This document shows, one piece after another, positions 13,749 to 27,519 of a stretch of DNA of 64,000 nucleotides (its first letter is position 1; each line of letters opens with the position of its first letter). Location of the stretch: NCBI RefSeq assembly GCF_018350175.1, contig NC_058368.1, forward strand, positions 15,564,001-15,628,000, given 5' to 3'. This DNA is from Felis catus. Lineage: Eukaryota. The position numbers and the translations under genes are program-made. The notes under the pieces were generated by a model that worked only from the letters and a program-made list of their open reading frames with translations, was not told the origin of the DNA and made no database searches.

Positions 13749-14653
13749 CTTATGTAGGCTCCATGCTCAGCGTGGAGTCTAACACGGGCCTCAATCTTAC
13801 GACTCTGGATCATGACCCGAGCCAAAAATCCAGACTTAGGCAGTCAACTGACTGAGCCACCCAGGTACCCCAGAACAGTAGCTATTTTATTTTTTTATTT
13901 TTATTTTATTTTATGTTTAAATGTTTATTTTTTTATTTTTGAGAGAGAATGGGGGACAGGGAGCAGAGAGAGAGGAAAACTCAGAATCTGAAGTGGGCTC
14001 CAGGCTCTGAGCTGTCAGCACAGTGTGATGTGGGGCTCAAACTCACTAACTGAATTGATGCATAGGGGCACTGTACCCCAATGTTTATAGCAGCACTCTC
14101 AACAATAGCCAAATTGTGGGAAAAGCCTAAATGTCCATCAACTGATGAATGGATAAAGAAATTGTGGTTTATATACACAATGGAGTACTACATGGCAATG
14201 AGAAAGAATGAAATATGGCCTTTGTAGCAACGTGGATGGAACTGGAGAGTGTGATGCTAAGTGAAATAAGCCATACAGAGAAAGACAGATACCATATGGT
14301 TTCACTCTTATGTGGATCCTGAGAAACTTAACAGAAACCCATGGGGAAGGGGAAGGAAAAAAAAAATGAGGTTAGAGTGGGAGAGAGCCAAAACATAAGA
14401 GACTCTTAAAAACTGAGAACAAACTGAGCGTTGATGGGGGGTGGGAGGGAGGGTAGGGTAGGTGATGGGCATTGAAGAGGGCATCTTTTGGGATGAGCAC
14501 TGGGTGTTGTATGGAAACCAATTTGAAAATAAATTTCATATATTAAAAAAAATAAACACTAAAAAAAATACAAAAAAAAAAAAAACCTCACTAACTGAGA
14601 GATCATGATCTGAGCTGAAGTCAGACGCTTAACCAACTGAGCCACCCAGGTAC
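13590..14653 (-). mobile_element. Two tandem minus-strand Can-SINEs, the second split by an L1
   Basis: SINE heads end at ~13870 and ~14653; the flanking motif ag(a)acagtag occurs three times. Confidence 0.88.
14054..14586 (+). mobile_element. Young cat-type L1 3' end inserted inside a minus-strand Can-SINE
   Basis: L1 ORF2 C-terminus plus 3' UTR plus poly(A); TSD ctcactaactga at 14042-14053 and 14587-14598; near-identical to the copy at 38453-39318. Confidence 0.9.
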
Positions 14654-16786
14654 CCAGAACAGTAGTTACTTTAAACAGATTTTTATCTTCTATATAACAA
14701 AAAACACTGTTAAACAAGGAATCATTGGTGTTCACATCAAACAAAAATATGACATTTAAAGTGACCAAAATGCAGCCACTGTTTCTGTTCAAGTCACTGC
14801 ACAACTCCGTCCCATCTTGGAATCTGATATAAGGCCAAACCCAGCAGAGAATGACAGACTATTGGAATTTTTTCCACCAAAGTTACTTCTATTACCTCCA
14901 AATAAACTAATGAGTTTCGATTAAAACTCCTGAAGTCCATTTTCAAATATTCTGAAATATGTATCCCCTTAGTCAAATCAGGATTCTAGGGATAGACAAA
15001 TTTCCTGTTAGTCAAGATCAGTTATGACTGTTTATTCCTGAAGTAAAAGCTGAGCCACTGTAACTTCAGAAAATAACACCCAGTATCATCAATGTGAATT
15101 GCTCTAAGTATGTCTAACTTTCAAAGAAAGACCTATCTCCTCAAAAATTAATGTTTTTTTAAAAAACTATTCTATATTAATCTTTTATAAATAATATGAG
15201 ACATTTTATGATACCACATTAAAGGATCCAATTACTTCTTTTAAAAAGTATTTTTATTTTTCTCAATTTCATTTTTACCGTGTGATTCAAAATAAATGGC
15301 ATTCTATCATAAACAGTACTGTCACACGTATTACCTCATTTTAATCTCAAATTACTGTCCCTATCTTGCAGATACAGATTCCGTGTCATAGCACAATGCT
15401 GGTGCAAAATAGATATCTGAATGAATGAATCAATCAACTGATCAACTGATTGATTTTAAGTGACCTGCCCAAGCTTTAATAGCTAGGAAGATCAGACTTG
15501 AGCCCATAACTTTGGCCCACTGTTCTTTCTACTGCATCACACCCCCTCTGCTCTTGCTAACAACACAACAAAAAAAGTTTAAGCAAATTATCACATCTAA
15601 TATAGATTTACAAGCACCTGATTATACTTCCTCTCAAGCACATATGGAAGTGTTGATTTCAGATTCTAAGGAAATATACTAAAATGGAATTCATTATGAT
15701 TAAGAACTAGAAATTATCTTGTCTTTATTTCTTCTCTGGATATGCTCTAAAGAAGGTATCAATTTTACATTTCAAAACAGATTGTTCTCTTATTCCATTC
15801 CTAGAACTTTTACCATTGTTGAGAATCCTAGCAAGTCACAAGTAGCCATGTAATTGTGGGCTCAGGAGTTAGGTGGGAATGTAATTTGGCAACAATTGCT
15901 TTAGAAATTAGCCAGATATGTTATATAGATTGTGCATCCCTTTCTCAGTAAGATCTAGTGTAGGAAGGAAACACAGCAATCATGGAATAGAGACTTCAGT
16001 GTTCTTCCCACAGAGCAAAATTTCTTAAAAAATCTGAAGGCTGTGATTGAGAGAACTCCTTTATTATGCTATTGCTAGAGAGCAGACTTTAATATTATCA
16101 CACTGAACAGAGAGAGAACAGAGTATAAAGCCTGATGAGGAACAGAATGACCACCAAAGAGGCCAAGAGTCCAGTTCCTAGCCCTTCCCATAATATTTTA
16201 AGTATAACCACAAAGCAAGCTCTGAGCAAACATTGAAGTGAAAGACAGTACAGCCTTATACCCCATTACATATCTTTCACAAAATAATGATCCATTTTCT
16301 CCTGCACTCAGGTCAGGAGAGACCAAACAGCATGTTACCTGATGAGATCACACCCTGAAAAACATAACTTCAAGCACACCTCATTTACCGACTGGCACTG
16401 AAAAGCAGGTAAAACTTTACCCTTTAGGGGAAAAAGAAAGATAATCAACAACCTGTATGTGCTATATTCATTTTTTTTTTTTTTGCTATATTCATTTTTT
16501 AAAGCAACAGAATGCTGAGATCAACTCTCGAGTTCTTACTCACACATTCATAGACTCAGAGTGAGGGTTAGGAGTCACAACCAACTCTTGAAACATAATG
16601 GGTCAATGGGATATCAATATTGATTTTCATTATAACCAGTCACCAAACGCATGGGATCCACCGCAATGCAGTGGAACATGTGTGTTGTGCCGTTTTTGCC
16701 ATTGTGGTGGTTATTAAAGACATTCAAGAGTGAAAATGTATGAGTTTCTCATTTTGTCAAAGAACTTACAAGAAATGTATCTTCCA

Positions 16787-17403
16787 GGTGTGCCTGGGTG
16801 GCTCAGTTGGTTCAGCATCCAATTCCTGATTTTGGCTCAGGTCATGATCTAGCAGTTGTGAGACTGAGCCCCTTGTCGGACTCTGTGCTGAGCATGGGGT
16901 CTGCTTAAGATTCTCTGTCTCTCTGTTCCTCTCCCCCTCCCCAGAGCTCGCTTACCCACTCTCTCCCTCTCTCTCTCTCTCAAGGAAAAAAAAAAAGTAT
17001 CCTTCATACCACATTCCCTGCCCCAATAAAATGCAAAAAAAAAAAAAAAAAAAAAAAAAGACTACATACTTCCATTGCCCGCTTTCATGTGATGCTGCCC
17101 TGAGGACCACAAAGCCTTGGGCTATTCCTCTAAGGGGTGGGGTGTGCTGGGAGAATGCATGAGAATCACAGACTTTTTTTTTTTAAGAATTTTTTTAAAA
17201 TTTTTTAAAATTTATTTTTGAGACAGAGAGAGACAGAGCACGAGCAGGGGAGGGGCAGAGAGAGAGGGAGACACAGAATCTGAAGCAGGCTCCAGGCTCT
17301 GAGCTGTTAGCACAGAGCCCGACACAGGGCTCGAACTCACGGACTGCCAGATCATGACCTGAGCTGAAGTCAGATGCTTAACCAACTGAGCCACCAGGCT
17401 CCC
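16787..17403. mobile_element. Can-SINEs at ~16787-16997 (+) and ~17173-17403 (-)
   Basis: SINE heads and tails; TSD tgagaatca(ca)gactt around the second. Confidence 0.88.
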
Positions 17404-18672
17404 TGAGAATCAGACTTATGTGTTAACTGCAAATGTCCTTGGCAGCTCCGGGATTGGGTGTGTGAAGCCCTATAGTAAATGAGTGAAAGGGCTATGGCAA
17501 GTCTAAACCTGATCCTCACTTTCATATGGTGTCTTCTTCCCACAAACACGCACGCACACACACACACACACACAGAAGGAACAGACATCATGCTTAATAC
17601 TGGTTCATCCTTTATCTTTAAAAAATTAATGCTGTTTGCCAAAACTGTATAAAGATTTATGTTTCTAAGTCAAAATCAGAGATTACATCATGTACCTTTC
17701 AGCAGAATCAAATGCAAAATGTGTTATGACCTAATAGAGAAAATTAAAAAAAAACACTTAGGTGATGAATTATCTGGGTTATGGTATTTTCTAGCAAATT
17801 AAAGATTTAGCAGAAAAACTTCTGTTTAAATGCTTATGGCTTTACATATTTCTACACTGTATTAGTTGTTTTCCTACCTTACTATGTATGGCATGTTAAA
17901 ACTGCCCTATGACAGGACTGGATAGTTCCTAGGAAAAGTAGGAGACGGTACCCATGATGGGTATTACACAGAGTGTTATGAAAGTGTAGACTAGAAGCAG
18001 AAGATGCCCATCAAACTCAAAGAGGGTAAGAATGCGGGGAGAGAGAGGGAGGGTTTGTTTCTAAGAAAGTGGTTCTTAAGGTTTTAATGGCCATGAATCC
18101 TTCACCTGCCATATAATTTCACCTGTTTAATAAAGCATTATTTTTAGCCTTACATCTACCTAGTTATTTTTCTTTATAAAATATTTATTCAAATATGCTT
18201 TTTAAATTCTTCCAATACCCCAAAAAGCAGGTGGGGAAAGCAGTGTTACTTACACTTCATAGATTAGGCAACAGAAATCATGAAGTTTCAGAGATTAAGA
18301 CTGAAACTCTTGCTCTCTGGCTTAGCTCTCTTCCCACTAGATCAGCTTTCAAACTGCCCTCTGAGTACTCCTTTGGGAACCAATGGAGGTGGGGAAACTG
18401 AGTGTTTTACCCAGGATAGCTACTTGTTTCTTGGTTTTACATGTTGGATTTCTATCTTAGTATTTGAATAAAGAGCTAAATTTATTTGGTTAAACTAACG
18501 ATTTCTTAATTAATGTACTTATCTCTTCTTTATTCACTATAGTATTTATTATTTACTGTAAAATATATCATTATTATAATGTGAAAAATGTAAACACTTG
18601 GGTAAAGTATCAAACTTATGATATAAAAACTATATAACGTTTCATCATAGAAACCTAGATTAAAAGAAGCTA

Positions 18673-18816
18673 GGGGTGCTTGGGTAGCTCAGCTGGCTAA
18701 GCGTCATCCCATTCCTGATTTTGGCTCAGGTCATGATCTCACAGTTCATGACAGTGAAGAGCCTGCTTGGTATTCTCTCTTTCTCCCTCTCTCTTTGCCC
18801 CTCTCCCACTTGCGTG

Positions 18817-18866
<50 letters not shown>

Positions 18867-19345
18867 ATAAATAAACTTTAAAAGAAGCTAGACCCTTGGG
18901 GCACCTGGGTGGCTCAGTCAGTTGAGCGTCCGACTTCAGCTCAGGTCAGGATCTGACAGATCGTGGGTTCGAGCCCCCTTGTTGGGCTCTGAGCTGTCAG
19001 CACAGAGCTTGGAGCCTGCTTCAGATTCTGTCTCCCTCTCTCTCTGCACTTCCCCTGCTCATACTCTGTGTCTCTCTCTCTCTCAAAAATAAATACACAT
19101 TAAAAAAAATTGAGGGGCGCCTGGGTGGCGCAGTCGGTTAAGCGTCCGACTTCAGCCAGGTCACGATCTCGCGGTCCGTGAGTTCGAGCCCCGCGTCGGG
19201 CTCTGGGCTGATGGCTCAGAGCCTGGAGCCTGTTTCCGATTCTGTGTCTCCCTCTCTCTCTGCCCCTCCCCCGTTCATGCTCTGTCTCTCTCTGTCCCAA
19301 AAATAAATAAACGTTAAAAAAAAAAATTAAAAAAAAAAGAAGAAG
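18673..19345 (+). mobile_element. Cluster of three Can-SINEs; the youngest (19114-19340) sits in the tail of the second
   Basis: Three SINE heads; target motif aagaagctag(accc) repeated at ~18664, ~18881 and ~19343. Confidence 0.9.
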
Positions 19346-22300
19346 AAGCTAGACCCCTTCCTTAATAAGATTCCTGAACTTAGTAGGAATGAATAAGATG
19401 AAATGAAACATCCAAGGACTGATCCTGGTCTCTGGGAATAGTGGTGATGAAGTAATGGGCTAGGTCTTGAACAAGAGCTCAGCTCTCTTTCCTGGACAGA
19501 GCAGACCAAGCCTACAGAAGGCAGGACTGAACCAAAACTGAACAAAGGGTTATAAAAGAAGCAGAAGTACAAGGAATAAACTTAGGCTGGGGTTGGGAGG
19601 GTAGAGTAGTGGGGGAAAACAGTGTAGAGAACTGATGAAATGGAGGAGAAATGAAGAAAAGAAAAACATAGAAAAATATATGAGGAAGAAAACAGGATAA
19701 CTTTATGACTCATTGTTTATGGGAAGGAGAAAGAAAGAGAATGGAAAAGAACAATTTCCAAGTTCTCAGTTCCATAGACTGGGTATATCCTGACAACTAA
19801 GAGTCAAAATAGCAAGTAGAAGCGAGTCTGGGGAGGGAAGAGGAAGAATTTAGTGTGGGATATACTTAAGAATTTAGTGTAGGATATTCATGGAAAGACG
19901 AAGATCTGATGGTAGGGTGTGTGAGGGGATATCTAAAGGAAAGTTCTACCTGAGCTGGAGATATTTAGGAGTCATCAGCATCCACATGTCTATTAGACCT
20001 ATGAGAGCAGAGAAGAGCAGCCAGAGAATACACAATGTGAGAAAAGAGGAAGGTCACAGTGGAAGACAGGGAATATTACGGAAGGGCCCATGGCAGAAAT
20101 GATAAAGGGAGGCCAAAGAGATGGAAAAAAGCAACTAAGTGGTATAAGGAAAAAGGGAGTTTTGAGAAGAAGAAATTCACATTCAGCATAAAGGACTGTT
20201 ATGCACTGAAAACAATCCTTTGAATTCAGTAATTAAGGAGTTGTTGAGAAACTTACTGAGGGCAAATTGAGTGTCCAGAATGTTAAGAGTTTAAGAAATC
20301 TGAAATGGAAAATTCAAATGATGATAAAATCCAGTGGGGAGAGGGGTGCCTAAGGAGTAGGGCACCGGAATGAAAAGAAAGTAAAATCAACAGAGTTAAG
20401 ACAATAGAACAAACAACCAAATGTGCTGTTGAAATATACCAAGATGGCTGTTTGTGTAGTTGGGAGTGGATAAACAAAGTGCCATAGTCTCCAGTGGATG
20501 CTACAGATAACTGGGCCACCTACTAAAAGAATAAAGAGGAAGGGACAGGGAGTAGTGTGGTCACATTACCTAAGTGTTAAAAGAGGACAGGCACTGACAG
20601 GAGAGGAGAGGAAAAATAATGGGAATCAGCACATGGGGAGCCCAGTTAGTGCTGAACAATCCTACCCTCCACCATTAGCAGAAAGCCTGAAATTTCTTAT
20701 GATTCTTGGAGAATAATAAGTTTTCCCACTGGAGCTGAACAAGATATGGTGAGAAGAATGTTCTATGAAGATGTCAAAGAAACAGAGGGTCTTCCTTGTA
20801 ACAGAACATGATTCGCCAGTACCTAGTTAGAAGACTGTGATCCATTAAAGTATAAGAGTCAGAGGGATGTGGTGTTGACCTGAAGAGTGGTGGGCATGTA
20901 TACAAGATATGATAGGTGACGGGGATGAGACGTGGAAGAACCTGACAGGAAGGAGGGATGGAACTGGCTAGCTTCAATCTCTCAACACAGGCTGTTTGTG
21001 TGTCCATCCCTCATGATTACTGGACTTGGATGGGGTGGGAGGGATGGTGTGCCTCTCCTAGTTGCCTGGCTTCTAACCCTGAAAGCAAATGGTCAGAAGA
21101 AGTGAGATTTAGCAATTGAGAGTTTTGTCCCTATGATAGGTAAGTCAAGAATAGTATACATAGAGACCAAAAGTTCATCTCAGCACTTGCACATCCTTTC
21201 TATTCCCTCAGGGTACTTTTTTCCTCCTTGAATCACTATCATGACACTTTTTCATAAAACTGGTTTTCATTTGCCAACATGGCTTCTTTGAAATCCATAG
21301 AAGATGTATCAGGTATCCATCTATCTTGATGCCCAAAATCCAAGAAACAGTAATCAACAGGGGTAGAGAGGGAGAGGGGGAGGTCAGTGGATTCCTAGGG
21401 GATGGTCTAGATGGGGAGATGTCATCATTAGAGGAGGTACAAGCTTTTTTCCTTCATTCCAAACTGTTCATAGTTTAATGCAACAAGATTCAAGAAAGAG
21501 TTCTTGCTACTCTTAAGAGTCCCATGTTCTTTTTCTCATCAAGCCCCTTTCTTCCATAGTTCTTAACAGTCATCCACTATACCCCTTCCTTCACGCATAC
21601 TTTCATATGGTTATTTTTGCCTGGGCACTGCACTGAGCTCAATGCTGAAGGGAACATATATCAAAATGTCCTTAGTGTAAAGGGGCAAAGGCAGCTGAGA
21701 GGCAATGGGGAAATAGAGCCCTGGAGTAAGAAAGCCTGGGTGTGAGCCCCAGCTATTTCATTTAGTAATTTTGTGGTTTGGGGCAAGATACCTAACGTGA
21801 TTACTTCTACTTTCTCATTTATCCAATGGAGATAATAATATGTACTTCATCAGGATTTTATGACAATTAAATGACATGTGTCAAAGTGCTTTGGAAATTA
21901 TAAAACCCCTACAATGGACTATGGTAAGTGGAGGAAAAAACGTCTAAATAGAATTGTTTGGATATTCACAGAAGACAGCATACTCCCTACCACATGTTAA
22001 AGCTGATACTTTCCTTATGCTTTTACTAATTATAACAGATATAGAAAGACCTAAAATCACAGCTCCATGTAAACAAGCTCAGAATTTCTCCTCAGGTAAA
22101 GTAGGCCAACAGTCTTCTCAGTAGTATTTTGCAAGCTAAAATTATAAGTCACAAATACATATTATTTTTTCCTAGTAACGGGCCTAAATCAGGCAAGATT
22201 CAAATAAATAACTTTATTTACTGAATCATGAAATAAATAGAAAATTTCCCATAGAGATAAGAAACTCAAATATCCTTAGCCTCAAAGAACTTTTGATTGT

Positions 22301-22839
22301 AACCATATAAATGTCATTGCGAGAGATGAACTTTTTCACGTATTGCTATTCTAAAGCCCCTTATACCATTGTAAAGTCCCTTCCAACTCCAAAATCTGAA
22401 TACATGAATAATTTTTGAATTGCAGCAAGTTTTTCACACTTGTGAGTAAAAGCCAACCTCATTAAAAAATTGAAAAGGAATACCAATTCCAGTCCAAGAA
22501 AGGCATTTTATCTGAATTGCTTAGAGCACTCCTTATTCATACTTGTGAATCATGGGTGTAAAAACACAGACCAAAAAAAAAAAAAAAAAGTCAGAAAATG
22601 TAAATGTCTTTAAAAACACCTTTATGTGAGAAATCATTAATATAAAATGGTGAGGCATGAAGGAAAAATGAACTGCACAGATAACAGCATAAGCAGACAT
22701 TACTCTTGAAGCAACTTACATAGGATTTGCATTTATTTAAATTCAAATGATTGCTGACATGTATTGAATATTTGCTTCATAGGAGGTTGTTACCATAGCC
22801 ATTATACTTTTATCAATTCACTTAATCCTCAGCAACCTT

Positions 22840-23460
22840 CTGGGTTTGAGGAACCACCAACCTGTTCTCCACAGTGGCCACATCATTTTCTTTTCACTCC
22901 CTTTTAAAGTATTTAGTTTGAACATTTTAAATAATGCAACATAGTATTTTGACATTACAGTATTAACATAGCACTTGATTAAAGGTCTGCAAATCTTTGT
23001 AGTTGCATGTTTTAAGTTGAAAAATTAACTCAGAAGGCATATATGAAATTGTCAAATTCACAGAAGCAGAGAATAGGATGGTGGATGCCAAAGGTTAAGG
23101 AACGGAAAGACTTAGGGATGTATTACTCAAAGGGTACAAAATTTCAGTTATACAAGATGAGTAAGTCCCAGAGATCTACAATACGACATAGTGCCTATAG
23201 TTAACAATACTGTATTGTACACTTAGAATTTGCTAAGAGGGTAGATCTTATGTTAACTGTTCTTATACACACATATGAAACATATTAATAGTAAATAGCA
23301 AGGGCGGAAGAAAATTTTTAGCAGTGATGGATGTTTAAGGCATAGGTTGTGGTAATGATTTCAAGGGTGTATACTTATGTCCAAACTCATCAAGTTGTAT
23401 GTATTAAATGTATATACAGCTTTTTGTACGTCAGTCATACTCAATAAAATCATGGGTTTG
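22840..23460. mobile_element. Old L1MA/MB 3'-end fragments
   Basis: Typical L1M 3' UTR text, e.g. gtatactta-tgtccaaactcatcaagttgtatgtattaaat and gttaacaatactgtattgtacactt. Confidence 0.7.
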
Positions 23461-25296
23461 CACTACGGGAAGCAAACTGTCACAATAATTTAAGGCATCT
23501 ACATGTTCCAAATATGAAATAATTTTAAAAATCAAGAACTTGCAATATACCATCTTAATTTTTTTGAGAGGTAGAGATGCTTCTAGTTACTTGACAATTC
23601 ATTTTATCTCTTGCCTTGATTGTTGATACCTCCTGGTCCTTCCAAGAGAACACTTGTTGGAGGAGAAATAATATGATTCTTTCAAGGTTCTGAGGACCTT
23701 ATTACAACCTGAGTCTGGTATACACTACTGCTTTGGGGCTCTGATCTCAGCAGGTGAGTGCAGGTGGGGAAAGTGCTGCCTGTTTCTTTCTCTTTCTGAA
23801 TCTGGCACTCCTGCCCTTTGACTGCTTCTATGAAATCCCAACATCCTTCCCATAAACTGTTTCTTGTCATCTCGGCCAGAATGGACTTCTGCTGTTGTCA
23901 CCAGAGAAGCTACCATTCACCTGGCCAACTCCTACTATTCTTTCAGGCCTCAGCGTAGATGCTGGAATTTTTATCCTGCCTGGTACAAAAAGCTGAATTT
24001 CATCTGCCTGTACTTCCATTCCTTTATTCCCCTACTTGCCAGGTTTCAAATGGTTAATGAGAGGAGTAGACTCGTTTTTCTTATATTTAATGATTCATTC
24101 TCATTCTCATAACCCTGTATTTCCCTATTTTCAATAGCTTTGTTTTATATTGAATTTTGTGATTATATTCACAGCAGTTATTTATGCCTAAGTCCCTGTA
24201 CTTCATTGATTTCATTTTTCTACTCTCTGGTTCTTAATTCTGAATCCCCCAGTCAGCAAGGTATCTGCAAGCAGTTTATTTTCTAGGCCTTTGCCTTTGC
24301 ACAACAACATACTTCAGCTGAGAATGGAATTCTTAATTACATTTCCTCCTCTTAAAATGTTTACAAATTTTCCATTATCTTTAGGAATTCAGTATTGCAA
24401 AGAAGTCTGAATAAAACAACTAAATTTTGGTCTCTTTTAAGGAAAGCTGCTTTTCCTCCTTCCTGACTGGATATTTGCAGGATTTTATAAATAGTCTTAA
24501 ATTTTTCATTTTTTTTTTGACAAGGCATGTCTACTTTTGATATTTAGAATTAATTTAGAATTTGCTTGGACTATAATGAACCATTTTTCAAAATTGACTG
24601 CTTTTTTTTAAAAGCATATTAGAGTTATTATATCTCCTGTATCAGTCACGGTATAATCAAAGAAGCAAAACCAGAGGGGATATTATTTATTACCAGAAGA
24701 GAACCTTTAGAGTGCCAGGAAAGTCTTTCCTTGAAAGAGGCAGAGTTCCGGCTGCATTATTTCTCTGCTTCTACTATAGTTTTCACCTAAGTCAGCAAAG
24801 ATAGTCAAATTCCATGTTCACAAAGCAATGGTAGACGAGGTTCCAGCCTTAAATTGTTAATGTCAGGCTCAAATAGGTAGGACCAGATCCTACTTACCAA
24901 ATTCTATTCTACATTCAGAGCAAAAGAGGATACTTTAGAGAAATTAAATTCATGTGGCTTTTCAACAATCTTGAGTCACCCCAACTATGCCAACTCAAGT
25001 TGACCCCAAATTTGTTCATTCCATGAGTTCAAACTCAGGCTTTAGATTGAACACTAAAATTACAGACTCAAACATAAAAGGATGATATTTTTATTAATAA
25101 AACAATAAGAAAAAAATGGGCATTATTGAAAACTATGTCATCTTCTTAGATTACACTAGAGAAAAAAAACCCTGAAATTATTGCTGACCCAAAGAAAATA
25201 AAAATGCTGATAATTTTAATACTGTCTCTAGGGAATATGATTGGTCCAAATACCACAAGAAAGCAGAGGAGAAATTAAAATAAAGAAAAGGAAGCA

Positions 25297-25448
25297 GGAC
25301 ACCTGGGTGGCTGGGTCGGTTAAGTGTCCAACTTCACTTTAGGTCATGATCTTGCAGTTTGTGGCACAGGTCAGGCTCTGCACTGACAGCTCAGAGACTG
25401 GAGCCTGCTTTGGATAATGTGTCTCCCTCTCTCTCTGCCCCTCCCCTG

Positions 25449-25480
<32 letters not shown>

Positions 25481-25910
25481 AATAAGTATTTTTAAAAATC
25501 TTAAAGAAAGAAAAGGAAGACACAAGTTAAGCTAGAGAGAAAATATTTCCTTAGAGTAAGGTTGAATCTTAGGGAACATATTAAAGAGAAATTAAACTGA
25601 AAAGGAGATTTCAATAGCCTTCAGATACAAAAGAGAAAGGAAAATGCAGTAAGATCTAACTGGTATTAAAGAGGATATCAGATGGGGCGCCTGGGTGGCG
25701 CAGTCGGTTAAGCGTCCGACTTCAGCCAGGTCACGATCTCGCGGTCCGTGAGTTCGAGCCCCGCGTCGGGCTCTGGGCTGATGGCTCGGAGCCTGGAGCC
25801 TGTTTCCGGTTCTGTGTCTCCCTCTCTCTCTGCCCCTCCCCTGTTCATGCTCTGTCTCTCTCTGTCCCAAAAATAAACGTTAAAAAAAAAAAAAATTAAA
25901 AAAAACAAAA
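25297..25910 (+). mobile_element. Older Can-SINE (~25297-25515) and young cat-type SINE (25684-25910)
   Basis: The young copy has the gtggcgcagtcgg...agccaggtcacgatctcgcgg signature and a perfect TSD aaagaggatatcagat. Confidence 0.92.
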
Positions 25911-25997
25911 AGAGGATATCAGATATAGGGAAAATGTTTGGTTATTACTGTATCAGAAACAATGAGTCCAAAAGTTTCAAAATTATCCTAAAAAATC

Positions 25998-26462
25998 TGT
26001 AACAGACAGAACTGTGTCCCCCTAAAATGTGAATGTTAAAGCCCAAACCTTCAATGTGACTATACTGAGAGAAAAGGTCTTTAAAGCGATAATTAAGGTT
26101 TGAGGAGGTTATAAGGTAGGGTCACTGATCCAACAGGACTAGTGTCCTTATAAGAGGAGGAAAAGACATCAGGGATATGGGCACAGAGAAGGCCATGTGA
26201 AGACACAGTGAGAAGAGACACCTGAGAACTCATGGGCTCCTGTTCTCTCTATCCATGTGATCACAAAGACCCCAGCCTATGTGAGCAAAGAGCAAGATGA
26301 TGGCTGCCTACAAGCCAAGGGAAAAGGCCTTAGAATGAAATCTACCTTGCTGGCACTTTGGTCTTGGACTTCTCAGTCTCCAAAACTTTAAAAAACAAAT
26401 TTCTCTTGTAAATCCACCCAATCTGTGATATTTTGTTATGGTAGCTCTAGCAGACTAAAACA
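25998..26462 (+). mobile_element. MaLR solo LTR (MLT1A-like)
   Basis: TG...CA ends; tgtccttataagagg, ttggacttctcagtctccaaaact, gttatggtagctctagcagactaaaaca. Confidence 0.8.
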
Positions 26463-26575
26463 AAATCTGAGAGAGAAATAAAGTACACCAAAAATAACAC
26501 TCTTGAGAGAGCTAGGGTCCAGGAAAATACTAAAAGGTAGATTCCATTTTTCAAATTATGTATTTATTTATTTAT

Positions 26576-26624
<49 letters not shown>

Positions 26625-26919
26625 TGCACAGGAGCACAGGAGGGGCAGAGAGAGAATCCCAAGCAGGCTCCATGCTCAGCATAGAGTCCAACACGGGGCT
26701 CAATCTCACAACTGTGAGATCATGACCTGACCTGAAATCAAGAATCAGATGCTTAACCAACTGAGCCACCCAGGTGCTCCTTAAAAGGTAGACTCTTAAA
26801 ATTGCTAATAGAGAGTCTATAATAAAAGCAATTAATTTCCTTGCCTCCCAAACTATATCCCTCTAATACATTTATTTCTAAGAAGCAAATCTGATAGTGT
26901 CAGTCCTTTCTCCAAACTC

Positions 26920-26955
<36 letters not shown>

Positions 26956-27279
26956 CTCAAACTAATTAGCTTGGAAGATAAGCTTTTCCAATACCTGGTT
27001 TCTATGTACCTTCCTGAATTGTTTCTTCATAGATCCCAACCCTGCATCCTGGGTTCCAGTTGTACCAAACTATTTGCAGGCCTCTGAGCATTATTAAATT
27101 TATCATGTGGTCCTTCTGTCTGATAGGCCCATTTATCCTAGTCTGTGTGGATCCTGCAAGATTCAGCTTAACACTTCTATAAAGCTCTTCTTTACTCATT
27201 CAGATAGAAATCCTCGCACATTCATACCACCTATAACATTTTATTTTTCTTAAATATTTGCCACCTTGCATTTTAAGCC

Positions 27280-27445
27280 AGTGGCTCTCAAAAGTTGTAA
27301 TATAGCCCCCTAGGAGGCATTCTGAAAATATAAGAGGCGTTTTTGGTTACTGCAAGAGTGAGGATTGGAAGAGCACTATAAACATACAGTGGACTGGATC
27401 AGGGATGCTAAACACCTTTCAACATGCAGACAGGCCTCTATAAAA

Positions 27446-27519
<74 letters not shown>

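Noticed and set aside
19844..19887. 24-bp-period duplication aagaatttagtgtgggatat / aagaatttagtgtaggatat
   Set aside because: An ordinary slippage duplication within an L2-like relic; no sign of function.
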